From positions 190,216,001 to 190,280,000 of the forward strand of contig OZ024740.1 in assembly GCA_964016885.1 (NCBI GenBank): a stretch of 64,000 nucleotides of DNA. The letters are read 5' to 3'. The DNA comes from Eledone cirrhosa. Taxonomy: Eukaryota. Under the pieces are notes generated by a model that did not search any database, was not told where the DNA came from, and worked only from the letters and a program-made list of their open reading frames with translations. A program made the translations under genes and the position numbers. Below, in pieces: positions 14,118 to 26,850 of this stretch (position 1 is its first letter; each line of letters begins with the position of its first letter).

Positions 14118-14226
14118 TCTGAGTTGAAATCGGGTCGAGATTAACTTTGCCTTTCATCCTTACGGGGTCGATGAAATAAAGTACCAGTAACGTACTGCCT
14201 TGTGCCAAAAGTAGAAACAATTATTC
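14118..14226 (+). mobile_element. tRNA-derived SINE fragment (Meta-like core)
   Basis: ctttgcctttcatcc..ggggtcgat.aaataaagtaccagt...agtagaaacaattatt; same family as 54747-54933. Confidence 0.7.
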
Positions 14227-14326
14227 TATTTACACTCTGTTTAGTTCTACACCTAGTTACAGAAGTGAATCTAAACATTGAGTGCTCACCTGGGTGAACA
14301 TAAAATAACTTCACGTTACACTCCCT

Positions 14327-14365
<39 letters not shown>

Positions 14366-14489
14366 GTTGGAGGTGAGTTTTATTGTAGCACAATAAAGCA
14401 ATGCAAATATCGGATAAGTAGCAATCAACAGTTTATTGGACTGGAGTATATATAAGAAGAAATTAAAAGATGGTTAAACAAGTTCCATG

Positions 14490-14560
14490 TATTTTATTAT
14501 GCGCATTTAAAAAACAAATATCATCCTGGGACGTTATTTGCGTTCTCATCAGATAAAATA
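14490..14560 (-). ncRNA. Hammerhead ribozyme with G12 mutated
   Basis: tattttat CTGATGA gaacgcaaata..tatttgttttt tAAA TGCGCA T A ataaaata; 8-bp stem I. Confidence 0.6.
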
Positions 14561-15351
14561 GGGAGACATGATATGAAGCTTTAAGAAAAACACTTGTGAG
14601 CAAGGTAGTGTCTAATCAACATATTAAAATAAATTAAAAGGATATAGGAGATTGGAAAAAAGGAAAGGAAGGGGAGAAAAGTATGGAAGAGGAAGAAAGG
14701 AAAAAAAGAAAAAAAAAGAAGAAGAGGATAACGGAGGAAGAGTATGAGAAGGGAGAAGGAGATAGAAAGAGAGAGGAGAGAAAGAGAGAGAGATAAATAT
14801 TTAAACTGAAAAACGCTGCCTCCACAGAGAAATAACAGTAAAAACGGTTGTAAATTTATAAATAAATAAAATAAATAAAAAAGGAAATAAAAAAGAAAAT
14901 TAAATTAAAAGTTAATGAGGTTTATGGATGATGATCCTTATGATTACAGATATAGAAATAAAGTATACTATTTATTTAGGGTTTAAATAGTGAAGTATTT
15001 ATTAAGATGTGCAACAATTTATTAAAAAAGTATTATTAAGATAAAATAAAGTAAAATAACATAAGGTGAATGAAAACAAAATTAAATGATTTATGAGCTT
15101 AGAAGACGGTATAGGATCCTAGTTTGTTTCAATAGATTGTAATAGAAAAAGTAATTATTTAAGTTAATACAAGCATGGAAGAGAGAGAAAAATGAAAAAT
15201 ACGAGGAAGAAAGATATTACGTCAAAAATTTGTTTCCAAAATTAACCTAATGCTAATATTAATAAATTTGAAGTAAAAAATTAGGAAATATAGCAACTTA
15301 AAAAGTAATGTTGAGAAGAAATGATATAAACATGAACTATTTAAAAGAAAG

Positions 15352-15555
15352 ATTCAGTTTGACATCACCAGTTACTATTCTTCTAGTTCGCCTTCACTCC
15401 TCAACAAAGCTGTCTCTTATGCGTTTAAATATTCAGACATCACCACAGATGAATTGAACATCATTCTCACCGCAAGAAAAACTATCCTGGAATTCAACAA
15501 CGACATTGGACTAGAGCTGATACTTCCAACAATTTTGTCATCACCATGGCTTCGT
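15352..15555 (+). pseudogene. PLE (Naiad-like) reverse transcriptase fragment
   Basis: IQFDITSYYSS..SLLNKAVSYAFKYSDITTDELNIILTARKTILEFN...NNFVITMAS, homologous to 16298-16843 and 59828-60289. Confidence 0.75.
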
Positions 15556-15840
15556 TGACCAGTTGGATGAGGACGTTCTCGAAGGGTGATAGCATAGGGT
15601 TCGGAGAGGGAGATTTGTAGGTATTAAATCCGAATCTTTCCTTGGTATCGAAGTCCTGATTGTCGCGGTATCTGTCGTAGAAAAAAGTTCTCCATCTTAG
15701 TCTTATCGCAAAGAGGTCGATTTTTTGAGTGAGCATCCGCAGGTAAAGTTTTCTCGGTGGAACTGGGATGTTCTTGGTGGAGAAGTCGATGATTCGTTTT
15801 CGCACGGTGCGGGTGAAAACAACTTGAGCTGGGCGGAAAA
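15555..15840 (-). pseudogene. Inverted N-terminal fragment of a PLE ORF
   Basis: DFSTKNIPVP..LY...L.QK..LF..RLRWR.FF...KERFGF, typical of the N-terminus of this PLE group. Confidence 0.65.
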
Positions 15841-15992
15841 GTCTAGATAAGGCGTGGCAGGGTCGGAGTGTGCTCTACTACCGAAGTAGGAGGTAGATAA
15901 CGAAGGAATTGTGGTAAAGAACCAGATGGACCATAACGCACCAAAGTACTCAATACTTAGGGTAGTATAGTGGGTAATAGGAACAAGTATGA

Positions 15993-16086
15993 CCCCGAAG
16001 GCAGAGCTCAAGCCGTTTCGACAGCTATTTCTGGATTAAATAAGAATGTTTAGCCTGGTAAATAAATAGCCGAACTTCTCAGGCGG
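15993..16086 (-). ncRNA. Hammerhead ribozyme (C3/A8 core, damaged) in inverted pLTR
   Basis: ccgc CTGAGAA gttcggcta...tagctgtc GAAAC ggc ttgagctct gcc tT C gggg. Confidence 0.55.
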
Positions 16087-18206
16087 TATTTCCTTATATG
16101 GGAAGAGAGTAATTGTCAAAAGGATTGGTCAAACATGTGTTGTAAAGACAGCTGAATCTATCATGGCATTTGGTGGGATGTAGGGGTGGCTGAACTTGCC
16201 GGTAGAAGAAAGATGGAGTGGGGGAAACATACTCAAGCGTTGAAAGTGAAATATATACAGCAGATTCTAAGGATAGTGTATAAAAAGGTCGAAAAAAGTG
16301 TACTGGAGAAAAGGAGAGTGGGAGGTTGAAAGAATAGGTAAATCGAAAGGGAGAATCAGTAAACAAATCCTAGACAGCGTTATACCAAATGTTAAACAAA
16401 ACGCGGGACTTAGCCTATGGGTCAACACACAGGAAGTAATCTCATGGTTCAGCAATATGGAGGACAAACGAGACACAAAATTCATCCAGTTTGACATAGA
16501 GAGTTACTATGCATCAATTACCTTACCGCTCCTTACGTCCACCTTGGACTTTGCCGAAACACTCACGCCCATTACCGACGAGGAAAGAAATATCATCCTC
16601 CACGCCAGCATGAGAGTCATACTTTTCGACAACTCCAAATGGATAAAGAGAGCGCCTGACTCCCACTTCGACGTCAGTATGGGCGCGACGGATTCGGCTG
16701 AGGTCACAGATCTTATAGGATTATTCCTACTATTTAAACTCACCGAAATGTTTCCTGCATTCGGCGGTGGCTTGTACCGCGATGATGCGCTTTTCACCCT
16801 CAAAGGGTACAACCTCAGTAGTACAGACCGGGCCCGTAAATAATTAATCAGCTTCTTCCGGGACTGAGGATTTAAAATAAACCTACAAATGTCCCTAACC
16901 CGAGTAAACTTCCTGGACGTTACCCTTAACCTCGATAATGATAGGATAATTATCATAAAGGAAAAACAACGACAACCTGCATTACATCCACCGCTGCTCT
17001 AACCATCCTAGACATATAACCAATAACCTGGTTAAAAATATCTCCCTCCGCATATCTCGTTTGTCCGCTAATGAGCAGATATTCGACGAACATGCGCCTT
17101 ACTACAACCAGGCCCTCAAGCGGAGTGGCTTCCGGGAGGAAATATCCTATTATCCTTCTTCCATTAGTGGAACCAGCAGTCGACACTGCCGCTCACGCAA
17201 CGTAACGTGGTTCATCCCCCCCCCCACACACACAATGCCGAGGTGACAACACCTATCGGGAAAATCTTCTTTAGGCTCCTCGAAAAACACTTCCCACTAC
17301 AACATCGTTACCACAAAATAATCAACAAAAACACAATCAAATTCTCCTACAGCACCACACCTAACTTCGCACAAAACATCGTCTTCTCTAACAACAAAAA
17401 ACTCAACCCCTATGGAAGAAATAAGCTAGACACCAGTTGAGAGCCGGCCAGGAGGTGTAACTGTCCCGATAGTTCCATGAACCCCCTCCACAACAGATGC
17501 CGAGATCGTAATGTGATCTACCATGCAACGTGAGGAAGGACACGTCCAACAAAGCTTATATACTTCAAGAGCCAGCTCTACCAACACCGAAATACTTTCC
17601 GAAACCCGGCCGGCGACATGCCACTACACTTTCGAGCAACATCCGGGACCTCAAAAATAATAATATAACCTACAATCTCACTTGGAGCTTACTGTCCTCA
17701 GCTAACTCTTACACGGGAGGACGCCATCCGTGTAACTTATGCTCGAAGGAAACATTACAAATGCTGTTTTCGAAGGACCAACTCATAAACAAGAAAGACG
17801 AATTGCTAACCGCATGCAAACACAGATTGCATAGGACTTTCCTCGCCCTCACACCACATAATGACCCACCCCCGGACGGGAGGGGTAGATAAGGGCTGAT
17901 TTTGCCGATTTTGTAAGGGGTAACCCGTGCTTACAAAGGTAGACTTAACTTTTTATATTTTCCTCTATGTTTCGTTCTTCCCCCCATCTCTTCCTAGTCC
18001 TTCTACCCCAGATCTCCTTCCTCGTCTTTTTGTCACCTTTCGCCTACCCCGATGCAGCCCATCGGTCCTCTGTAGCCTCAGTACCCCCTCCCCCCTAATT
18101 TTAAGATAGAATTGACCGATTACGCTTTTTATATCAGATGTGTTAGACCCCAGTAATTTCTGGTTGCTACTCCATTTCTGTGGTTTCTAAATTTCTTACT
18201 GGTATG

Positions 18207-18330
18207 TTTGTATTAGTATTTTTGTATTAGTATTTTTGTATTAGTATATTTGTATTAGTATTTTTGTATTAGTATTTTTGTATTAATATTTTGTATTAGT
18301 ATTTTTGTAGCAGTATTAGAGTATTTTTGT
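18207..18330. repeat. 14-bp tandem repeat (tttgtattagtatt)n in PLE 3' UTR
   Basis: Direct reading, about 8 copies. Confidence 0.85.
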
Positions 18331-18863
18331 TCTCAACTTATTAACCTGTCATTGTAAGATGGCATTGGCTGATAACTACCTATCTATAGCAGTGGAGTTA
18401 GACCCCCTGTAAAGCCGGCTTTATAAAATTCTTTCTCCACAATCTCGTAATTAGTATTTTTTCCCATTCTCCACCTATTAAACTGTTCTATAACTTAGCA
18501 ATACCAATGAGAAATTGGGTGATTGTGGAAATGTTTTAGTAACCAGAAATTGTTTTTATATATTTATTTCCTTATTTTTATAATGGGTTTTGTTACTCTC
18601 ATTCGATTTACCTATTCTTTCAACTCATTCCCCCCCCTCCCCTTTAACTAGTACACTTTTTCCGACCTTGTATACACTATCCTTTGAATCTGCTGTATAG
18701 ATTTCCCTTTCAACGCTTGACTGGGTTTCCACCCCTCCCTCTTTGTTCTACCGGCAAGTTCAGCCAGACCTACCTGCCACCAAAAGCCATGATAGATTCA
18801 TCTGTCTTTACAACAAATTTTTGACCAATTCTTTTGACAATTAGTATCTTCCCAATTATTATC

Positions 18864-18957
18864 TTTCCTGAGAAGTTCGGCTATTTATTTACCATGCTAA
18901 ACATACTTATTTCGTCTAGAAATAACCGTCGAAACGGCTTGAGCTCTGCCGTCGGTG
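18864..18957 (+). ncRNA. Hammerhead ribozyme (C3/A8 core) in 3' pLTR
   Basis: CTGAGAA gttcggctattt...aaataaccgtc GAAAC ggc ttgagctct gcc GTC ggtg. Confidence 0.6.
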
Positions 18958-18994
18958 TCATAGTTGATCCTATATATATATACATTTTTTTTTA

Positions 18995-19207
18995 AACGAA
19001 CGACTTTCGTCAAATCGGGCCGAGGGAACAATGTTTCCGTTGGTCTTTCCAATTGGTAATACTATCTATGTGTCGCAACTCCAGGTAGAATGAGCAACGT
19101 GAAATAGAGTGTCTTGCTCAAGGACATAACGCATCACCTGGTCCAGGAATCGAACTCACAACCTTACGATTGCGAATCCAATTCTCTAACCACTCAGCCA
19201 CACGCCT
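18995..19207 (-). mobile_element. tRNA-derived SINE (second family)
   Basis: Head ggcgtgtggctgagtggttagag (A box)...gagttcgattcc (B box), then gtccttgagcaagacact. Confidence 0.75.
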
Positions 19208-19232
19208 TCACTGAATACATATATATACACAC

Positions 19233-19313
<81 letters not shown>

Positions 19314-19319
<6 letters not shown>

Positions 19320-20099
19320 GAAACACACAGATACATGCTGACACACACATATATACATGAATGCATCCGCACCCAACTGTGAGTTAAGGGTGCCAACTTC
19401 ACCGATGTTGCTCAATGAATGACTGGGACAGACCAATTCAGTTGAACCAGACTGAACCAGTATCAGAGTTAAAAATACATTATGAAGAGAGAAGAAACAT
19501 TTAGATATAATTAGTAATAAAATGTATCATACCTAAACTGCTCCTAAATTCCTCGACTACGTAGTTTCGTGGCATAAACAAAAACAATATATCATAAAGA
19601 TATAGAGTCCTTGCGAGGTCTGCCGACTTATCAAGAGGATACCTCATTTTACTAGTCTCAAGAACGCGTCTACACGAAGTGAGAAATAATCCCAAAAGGC
19701 GGAGGGGGAGATAGTCACGCGATATAACGGTCGAGAAACAGAGCTAAGCCTCTTATAACCTCGAAGAAAATACCACGGAGGCGGAGGGGGTATTTATATC
19801 GAGGCCGCAGAAGAGGTGGTGAAGAAGGCGAGAAGTATGAGTAATGGAAGCTTTCCAGCTGTCCCCACACTTCAAAGGTTGCTCGACCAGAGGGAGTTAT
19901 TAACAATATATTTAGAAACACACAGATACATGCGGACACACACATATATACATGAATGCATCCGCACCCAACTGTGAGTTAAGGGTGCCAACTTCACCGA
20001 TGTTGCTCAATGAATGACTGGGACAGAGGAATTTAGGAGCAGTTTAGGTATGATACATTTTATTACTAATTATATCTAAATGTTTCTTCTCTCTTCATA

Positions 20100-20104
<5 letters not shown>
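19314..20104 (-). mobile_element. Non-coding HHR element with direct repeats plus terminal inversion, embedded in (TA)n
   Basis: Direct repeats 19314-19432 / 19908-20027; inverted repeat 19476-19554 / 20026-20104. Confidence 0.75.
19550..19639 (-). ncRNA. Type I hammerhead ribozyme, U3-A8 core
   Basis: tcctc TTGATAA gtcggca...tgccac GAAAC TACGTA GTC gagga; stem I tcctc/gagga, palindromic stem III. Confidence 0.75.
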
Positions 20105-20139
<35 letters not shown>

Positions 20140-20246
20140 ATAATAATAAATTTGAAGACTAAAATCCAAAGAGGGCTCGATAAGGATAAATATATATCAA
20201 ATATATAAGAACCGTAGAGCAAATATTTATTAAAATAACAGATTAG

Positions 20247-20297
20247 AGTTTAAGCAAAGAATCGCTGCTTTCACCCTTAACGGGATCTTCTGAAACT
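20247..20297 (-). ncRNA. Hammerhead ribozyme variant (A4)
   Basis: Reverse-complement copy of 20941-20991. Confidence 0.6.
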
Positions 20298-20940
20298 AAC
20301 AAAGTCAATCTGTAAACGCAGAACTGGATATTTCAAAAAACGTTGCAACCGGAGGAACACAGGAAGACGATACTTTGGTTCGTGGAAACGTACGCTGGCG
20401 AAGAACGCGAGAACACGAATAATACGTCATTAATAGGAGCGGTGAAAAATATTTACGCGCAAAGAAAGAACCACGTTTATGGTATAAAAAAGGTGGTAGA
20501 CTAATGTTCTCTTAGGTGGTGCATAGAACGTTCTCTGGCAAGGAACGAAAAAACGAAGATAATACGTCATATGTGGAGCGTGGAGAACAATAGCACGCAA
20601 AGACAAAACCACGTAAATGGTATAGCAGAAGTCGTAGACTAAAATTCTAACTAGGAGACCAAATGAATCTCCACTACAGAGTTAAGAACAAAGTAAATAA
20701 ATACAATACAGAAGTAATAGAAATAAATAAATACATACACGCAAACGAAAACGTACATACACAAGCATACGCAAAACGCGCGTAAATGTTTTTCACCGCT
20801 CCTATTAATGACGTATTATTCGTTTTTTCCGGTTCTTCGCCAGCGAACATTTCCACGAACCAAAGTATCGTCTTCCTGTCTTCCTCCGGTGGCAACGTTT
20901 TTCGAAATATCCAGTTCTGCGTTTACAGATTGACTTTGTT

Positions 20941-20991
20941 AGTTTCAGAAGATCCCGTTAAGGGTGAAAGCAGCGATTCTTTGCTTAAACT
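20941..20991 (+). ncRNA. Hammerhead ribozyme variant (A4)
   Basis: agttt CAGAAGA t ccc gttaa ggg t GAA AGCA gcgattctt TGCT T aaact; all three stems pair. Confidence 0.65.
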
Positions 20992-21007
20992 TTAATCTGT
21001 TATTTTA

Positions 21008-21043
<36 letters not shown>

Positions 21044-21062
21044 GTGCGTGTGTGTGTGTGGG

Positions 21063-21094
<32 letters not shown>

Positions 21095-21095
21095 C

Positions 21096-21223
<128 letters not shown>

Positions 21224-21988
21224 TTATTTAAAACGCAACAGAAGGCGGATACCAAATATTATTTTATGGTTGCCAAATCACAATATATTTCTGTGGACTG
21301 GTTACATTATCATATCCTGACTTAAGACTTTGGTAGCGTCATCAGGTATAGATTGCAAACATTAGGTAATCGAGAATAGGGTTACGGTATAATCAGATAA
21401 TAGATTTATTTCGAGTCGGCCCATCATTCGGTATGAGAGGTGGTTTAGCGAAACACTAATTAACACCATCCCTGCACCACGCACTCTGCCCCAATTGATT
21501 TAACTAATTGCTTCAAGGTTTGCTAACCGGAATGACGAGTTCTACCCATTGGTAAACCATAAATCATATATATATATATATATAATACCTTTGCCATACT
21601 GTGATATATATGCTTAGTACCATTGCTTGTTTCTTACCTGGTTATTATGTACATGCCTCACACATCTGCACTCTTTCTATACGGTTGCATATGTACTGCT
21701 AATGTCCTCATTTTGCGTGTAGCTTTCTTCTGTAATTCCTCCATAATTGTTGTATTATTCTTTTATAATCTTTGTCGCATCCACTGATACTGACTACATC
21801 ATCTTCCCTCTTTAAATATGCCACTGTTAATGACAACACTGACATATATATATATATTTACGATTGTTCTGTGGAATAGGAGGTTAATTGTATGTCTAAA
21901 CTGTATTAGTTCTCCGATGGATTCAGACGAAAGTTTGGAAGAAACGATTGGCGTCAATAAAATGTTTTGAACATAGTTTTGATTATTC

Positions 21989-22070
<82 letters not shown>

Positions 22071-23850
22071 TATGTAACATACAGGGAACTAAAGCTCTAT
22101 CTAAGCTTTCAAGTTTCAATATTGATCCTATCTAGCTTACATATCTTCTTCCTTGAAGTAGGAGTTTAGTTACAGTAACAGTTTCCAAATAATCCATCTC
22201 TCGGTCCTCCAGCATCGGCACATCTTAGAGCCATTGACCTAGGTTTTACCTTTTTCTGCTATCTTCCTGATGATTTTGTATTTATTAGAGCCTTTTTTCA
22301 CCATCCATACATGGCTGGGGAGCTTAATCGTGTAATTTTTATCTTGTTTCCGGAATTACCCCGCATGGTTGCTTGAGCGTTCTTTACCCTGTCCCTTAGT
22401 ATGACTGGTATACTATTTGACATTGGTTGTGTGGTCTGGGTTTCCTGATTTCTCTGTTGCCTCTGTTGTGTCTGCCACAGGTGACCGTTGTAGACAGCAT
22501 TCATTTCTGGTTCTACTTGAGCTTCCTAGTAGGCCACCACTTCTAAACCTAGCCGGGAAAGATAGGACATCAGCACTTTATTTCCCACAACAGAAATAAT
22601 GAAACAGAACGCAGCAGTATTTCAGCACATTGCACTGAGGACCGAACGAATAATGTAACGCACTCTGCCAAGCGTTCAAATTACTGCGAATCCCTCGATT
22701 TATAATAAATAAAGAAATGATTCCAGTTAGTTATATCACTAACTTATCCAAGAAACATGACACAGCTTACATATCAGAAAAAGGAGTACTTATATTGTTA
22801 ATGCACTGGATAGAGTTTGTCCACATACCTAGGCGGTTATTTATTGTAATTACATATTCAGCATAGGACAGTCATAATCCTCAGACCAATATTACTCACT
22901 TCAAACTGATCAGGATATTCTGTTACAGAATTTGGTCGATTGTTTCAAATACCTATTTTTGCATGTTCTAAATATAGTTAGAATGTATCGCTTAACTAGT
23001 CGTAGTTCCTGAAATATTATGCTTTCTTGTCATTTATTTTTTTCCCGACGCAAGATACGTAAAAATGCATCAAAACAACCGATACTTAAACAACAACATT
23101 CTTCGATGTTTTTCCAATAACGATTCACATTTAAGGCACTATATTGAAGGATAGTTAAAGTGATTATACCGACTTCGGTGATGAAGTGGTATTTATTTAT
23201 TGTTTCTGAAATAAAAAGGTATATTAATCGGGATAAAATTTGAAATCAGATTCTAAAGCTCAGGATCCAATAGTGCTAGACATTATCTCCGACGCTCAGA
23301 CGCGTTTCTCTGTCCACTGCCCTTAAATATCTAAAAGCATTAATAAGACAAATATATATTATGTCGCTTGGAGTTGTTGTTGCATTAAAAAAGCAACATT
23401 TACTATATCTATGATATTTTCATACAACATTATTTCTATATTATCGAAAGCTATAATGTCTCCAAAGTAGACTGCTTTTCTGACCCCAAATATAACGGTA
23501 ACGCTTTATTAATGTGTTTTTAGTGCCTCATCTCGAAATAAATCGCAGTATTCTGTATTTCCTCCAGTTGTAGTTTATCAATATTCTTGCGTAACCTTTT
23601 GAAATTATAAGAACATTATATATTCATGATTTCGCAATTGATACGTTGTCCAGTAAACCAGCCTTAGAAATCCAAACTTTCAGGCAATTATTTAAATTGA
23701 AAATCCACGTACTCTCTCCAAATTATGAATTATTTAGTATATATAAAAATATAGAAAAACATTTTTACTTCATGCAAAATGAATCCCCATGGAATACACT
23801 AGAGATATGTCACAAAAGAATAAGGACATGTACATACACACATGCAAAGG

Positions 23851-23953
<103 letters not shown>

Positions 23954-24797
23954 TGTGTGTGTGTGTGTGTGGATGTGCCTCTGTGCGTGTGCGTGTGCGT
24001 GTGTATGTATACATGCATGTATAAATGACTATCTATAAACGTATGTGTTTGTTTTTGTGAATGTGTCCTTGCGCGTGAGAGAGCGCGTAGATACATGTAA
24101 ATCTAGAAAATAATGAATAACTTGATCCATAATCATAAATATATATAATATGAGTATACGTCTAATAATTCGATGTATATGAATGTGATATTTTGAAAAT
24201 TCTTATATATATATATATAATATGTTCATTTAGTTATGTATATTTGCCTCTTTTAGTGTCTGTATTTCTGCGTATGCATATGATGATATACATGCATACA
24301 ACATTTTGCGAAAAAAAAAATATGTTCATTTTTGAATTTCAGTTTCTGCACGATTATGGAATTAATATTGCAAGATGTCAGATTATTTATAGCAATTTAT
24401 TGTGCTGTTAACACAAACTGTGTATATATATTCATTCATAGATACCCATATATAGAAAGAATATTCAACCGTTACATACTTGAAAAGCACTTACATAATT
24501 GTAATAGGAATCGTTTCTTCTATTCGGTTAAATTCTTCATTTAAATTGATGAGATGAAACTAAATCTTTCAATCATCGTTTTAACATATATTTTCAAAAT
24601 CCATTTGTTTGTAATAAATTCTTGTCAGGAATATATTTTGCTCACTGTAAATAGCTAATAGATGTTTATCTTCGGTTTTAGTTGGGAACACCTTATATTT
24701 TATAGATATTCGTATTCATAAATATATATGGGATACACACATGCATATATACATACACACTGATGCACAAACACACACACACACGCGCGCATATATA

Positions 24798-25450
24798 TTG
24801 CTCGCACTAACCGGAGGTATATGATTTTTAAAGCGATAAAGTACTAATGAAGTTTGGAAAATCACTGACGAAGGACTATTTTTATCATATGTAACCCATG
24901 TGCAACCACGCAGTATTCTTTCTTCTCATGTTTTTTATATATATTTACCTCGGCTGCGTTTGTCTGTTTCTCTCTTACTGCTTTCCCGCTTTCTCTGTTT
25001 TTCTCACCTTCTTTCGCCCCCTCTGTCAGTTACACTGTCTCTCGACTGGCCACTTCCACTCATTCACTCTCTGTTTCTCCCCTTCTCACTTCTTCCCGTT
25101 TGGCCTGTGTGGGTTCTCTTCTTGCTCACATCTCATTCACGTCGGATGGTCTGTATCCCACTCGCTCATGAAATACACCCAGCTTTAGCTGACCGGATAA
25201 CCATGTTGTTTCTTTTTTCCTATCATTGCGTTGCTATCAATCCTTCTTGTTTGTTTACTTGTCTCGCCCGCTTTACGCGATTTACTTGTCCCAATAGCTT
25301 TATTTAGCTATTGCTCGAACCAACCGGAGGTATATGATTTTTAAAGCGATGAAATACCAATGAAAGTTGGAAAATCACTGACGAAGGACTATGTTTATCA
25401 TATGTAACCCATGTGCAACCACGCAGTATTCTTTTTTCTCATGTTTTTTT
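24798..25450 (+). repeat. ~510-bp unit with ~140-bp direct repeats, PLE/retrozyme-like
   Basis: ttgctcg..c.aaccggaggtatatgatttttaaagcgat...ctgacgaaggactat...cacgcagtattcttt at 24798-24935 and 25310-25450. Confidence 0.7.
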
Positions 25451-26008
25451 TATATATATATATATGTATGTATGTATAAAGAGAAAGACAAAGAGACGAA
25501 GAAAGTATATGTTTGTTAGGGGTGAAAAAGAACGAGATAAATATATGAGACAACCTTAACAACGTGGATGGATTCAGCGTGTCAATCAACGCAACATATG
25601 TTTGAATAAGGATGGTATTCAAGCCAAGACTGCCCGAAAAATAACCCAGTCGTAAACGAAACAACCAAAATTATAATACGTTATTTTGTCAATATTTGAA
25701 TGATTTTCTTCATGGATGGTCCGTAGTAATGTTCAAGCGACATTTCAAACCCATAAAACATTTTAAAGACAGATGATATACTATCTCGACATCAGAAGCG
25801 CAACATTTTCGGAGTGAACTTTGATGAGTAATAGGAAAAATATCACCACCACGGCCACTATCACCACCACCATTGTAAACAGCCCCAAAGAAGACACCGA
25901 CACCACAAACAACAACAGTAGAAGCAGCAGCAACATTGACCGTGACAACAACAACGGCAGTATCTCAGCACAAACATCATCAAGTGCTACTTCTGCTGCT
26001 GCTGCTAC

Positions 26009-26026
26009 AGCTACTACTACTACTAT

Positions 26027-26098
<72 letters not shown>
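26009..26098. repeat. (CTA)n microsatellite
   Basis: Direct reading. Confidence 0.95.
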
Positions 26099-26149
26099 AT
26101 TCTAGCACCTGTTGTTGGTGTTTTTGCGATATACACATCTCTCATTCGG

Positions 26150-26510
26150 CCTAGATAAGAGACGAACGGGCGGTACATTAGGAAAAGCCAGTTACTCGAT
26201 GTACTGATGATCTTCCTGGACCCGGAAGGTAAGTTCGTGAAGGTAGTGCTTCTAAACTTGTGGCCGTATAAACCACAAATATGACGGTTCGAACCGATTT
26301 TCCAGGCATCTGGAGAACTTTCTAGCGTCGTTTAACATTTTACTCTTAGTGTGGGACTGTAATGACATCATGGACGCATGCTGGAAATGTGTGGACGTAC
26401 TTGAAAAAAGTGGGAGTGCAAAAGCATCAAGAACAGGATAAGGCCGTGCCACATCTCATCAATTACCGACAGGGTATTTCAAATGCGCTAGTATAGGACT
26501 GCACCAATCG
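26150..26510 (+). pseudogene. Degenerate AP-endonuclease fragment of an L1/Tx1-like LINE
   Basis: Frameshifted IFLDPEGK..KLVAV..RHLENFL..LLLVWDCNDIMDACW aligns by eye to FLDTECK..RLVAVY..RHLETFL..LVLVGDWNGVLDARW at 42557-43198. Confidence 0.65.
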
Positions 26511-26816
26511 CATAATGTCATCTAGATTGTATTTAGCTAGGTTTTTCATTTGGCTAACATATAGGGACATCATTGAGTGTACAGATTATGAGGTATTACG
26601 GTAACTGTAGGATTGGAAATGTCTCTCTATACCAAAGCTATCCCACAGAAGTTTCAAAATTTTCCTTGATCACCGACGTAATATATTCTACTGACGCGAG
26701 TGTTATTTACACGTCACATATCGTTCACCATGGAAAGTTCCTTGTACGCCTGCCACCCTCCTAGATGCTTTTCGTTATTTGCTACATATACACACCCATA
26801 CACACACTACTTCCTC

Positions 26817-26850
<34 letters not shown>

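Larger units (their letters stand above)
15895..18972 (+). mobile_element. Penelope-like element (Naiad-like), decayed RT + GIY-YIG with inverted 5' pLTR
   Basis: RT 16298-17200 (FIQFDIESYY, FDVSMGATDSAEV, GLYRDDAL, VNFLDVTLNL); EN 17450-17892 (CNC, CNLC, CKH). About 15980-16315 is inverted against 18650-18970. Confidence 0.9.
20137..21012. mobile_element. Non-coding fold-back element with an HHR on each arm
   Basis: About 20230-20460 is inverted against 20775-21012. Internal direct repeat ~20420-20520 / 20560-20655. Flanked by (TA)n. Confidence 0.8.

Noticed and set aside
17860-17902. ATGA...GA hairpin as a SECIS element
   Set aside because: Helix pairing and the apical AA do not fit.
18207-18330. 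Short repeat array as CRISPR
   Set aside because: Head-to-tail 14-mers without spacers, in eukaryotic context.
18401-18420. gacccc ctgtaaa gccggct as the distant 5' half of a split hammerhead
   Set aside because: A better core (CTGAGAA gttcggct) lies at 18868, next to the 3' half.
19140-19207. tRNA gene
   Set aside because: It is a SINE head running into a SINE core; no proper acceptor stem.
21278-21960. HHR-like traces at ~21278-21350 (minus) and ~21910-21960 (plus), also ~4130-4150
   Set aside because: Core or stem I too degenerate to call as features; possibly old copies.
22060-22600. Possible LINE endonuclease-like remnant (minus)
   Set aside because: No diagnostic motif could be confirmed.
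26155-26235. Apparent exon (cctag...AAG/gtaag) and CTGATGA hairpin
   Set aside because: Stops in all frames and no GAAA box; explained as a decayed LINE endonuclease.
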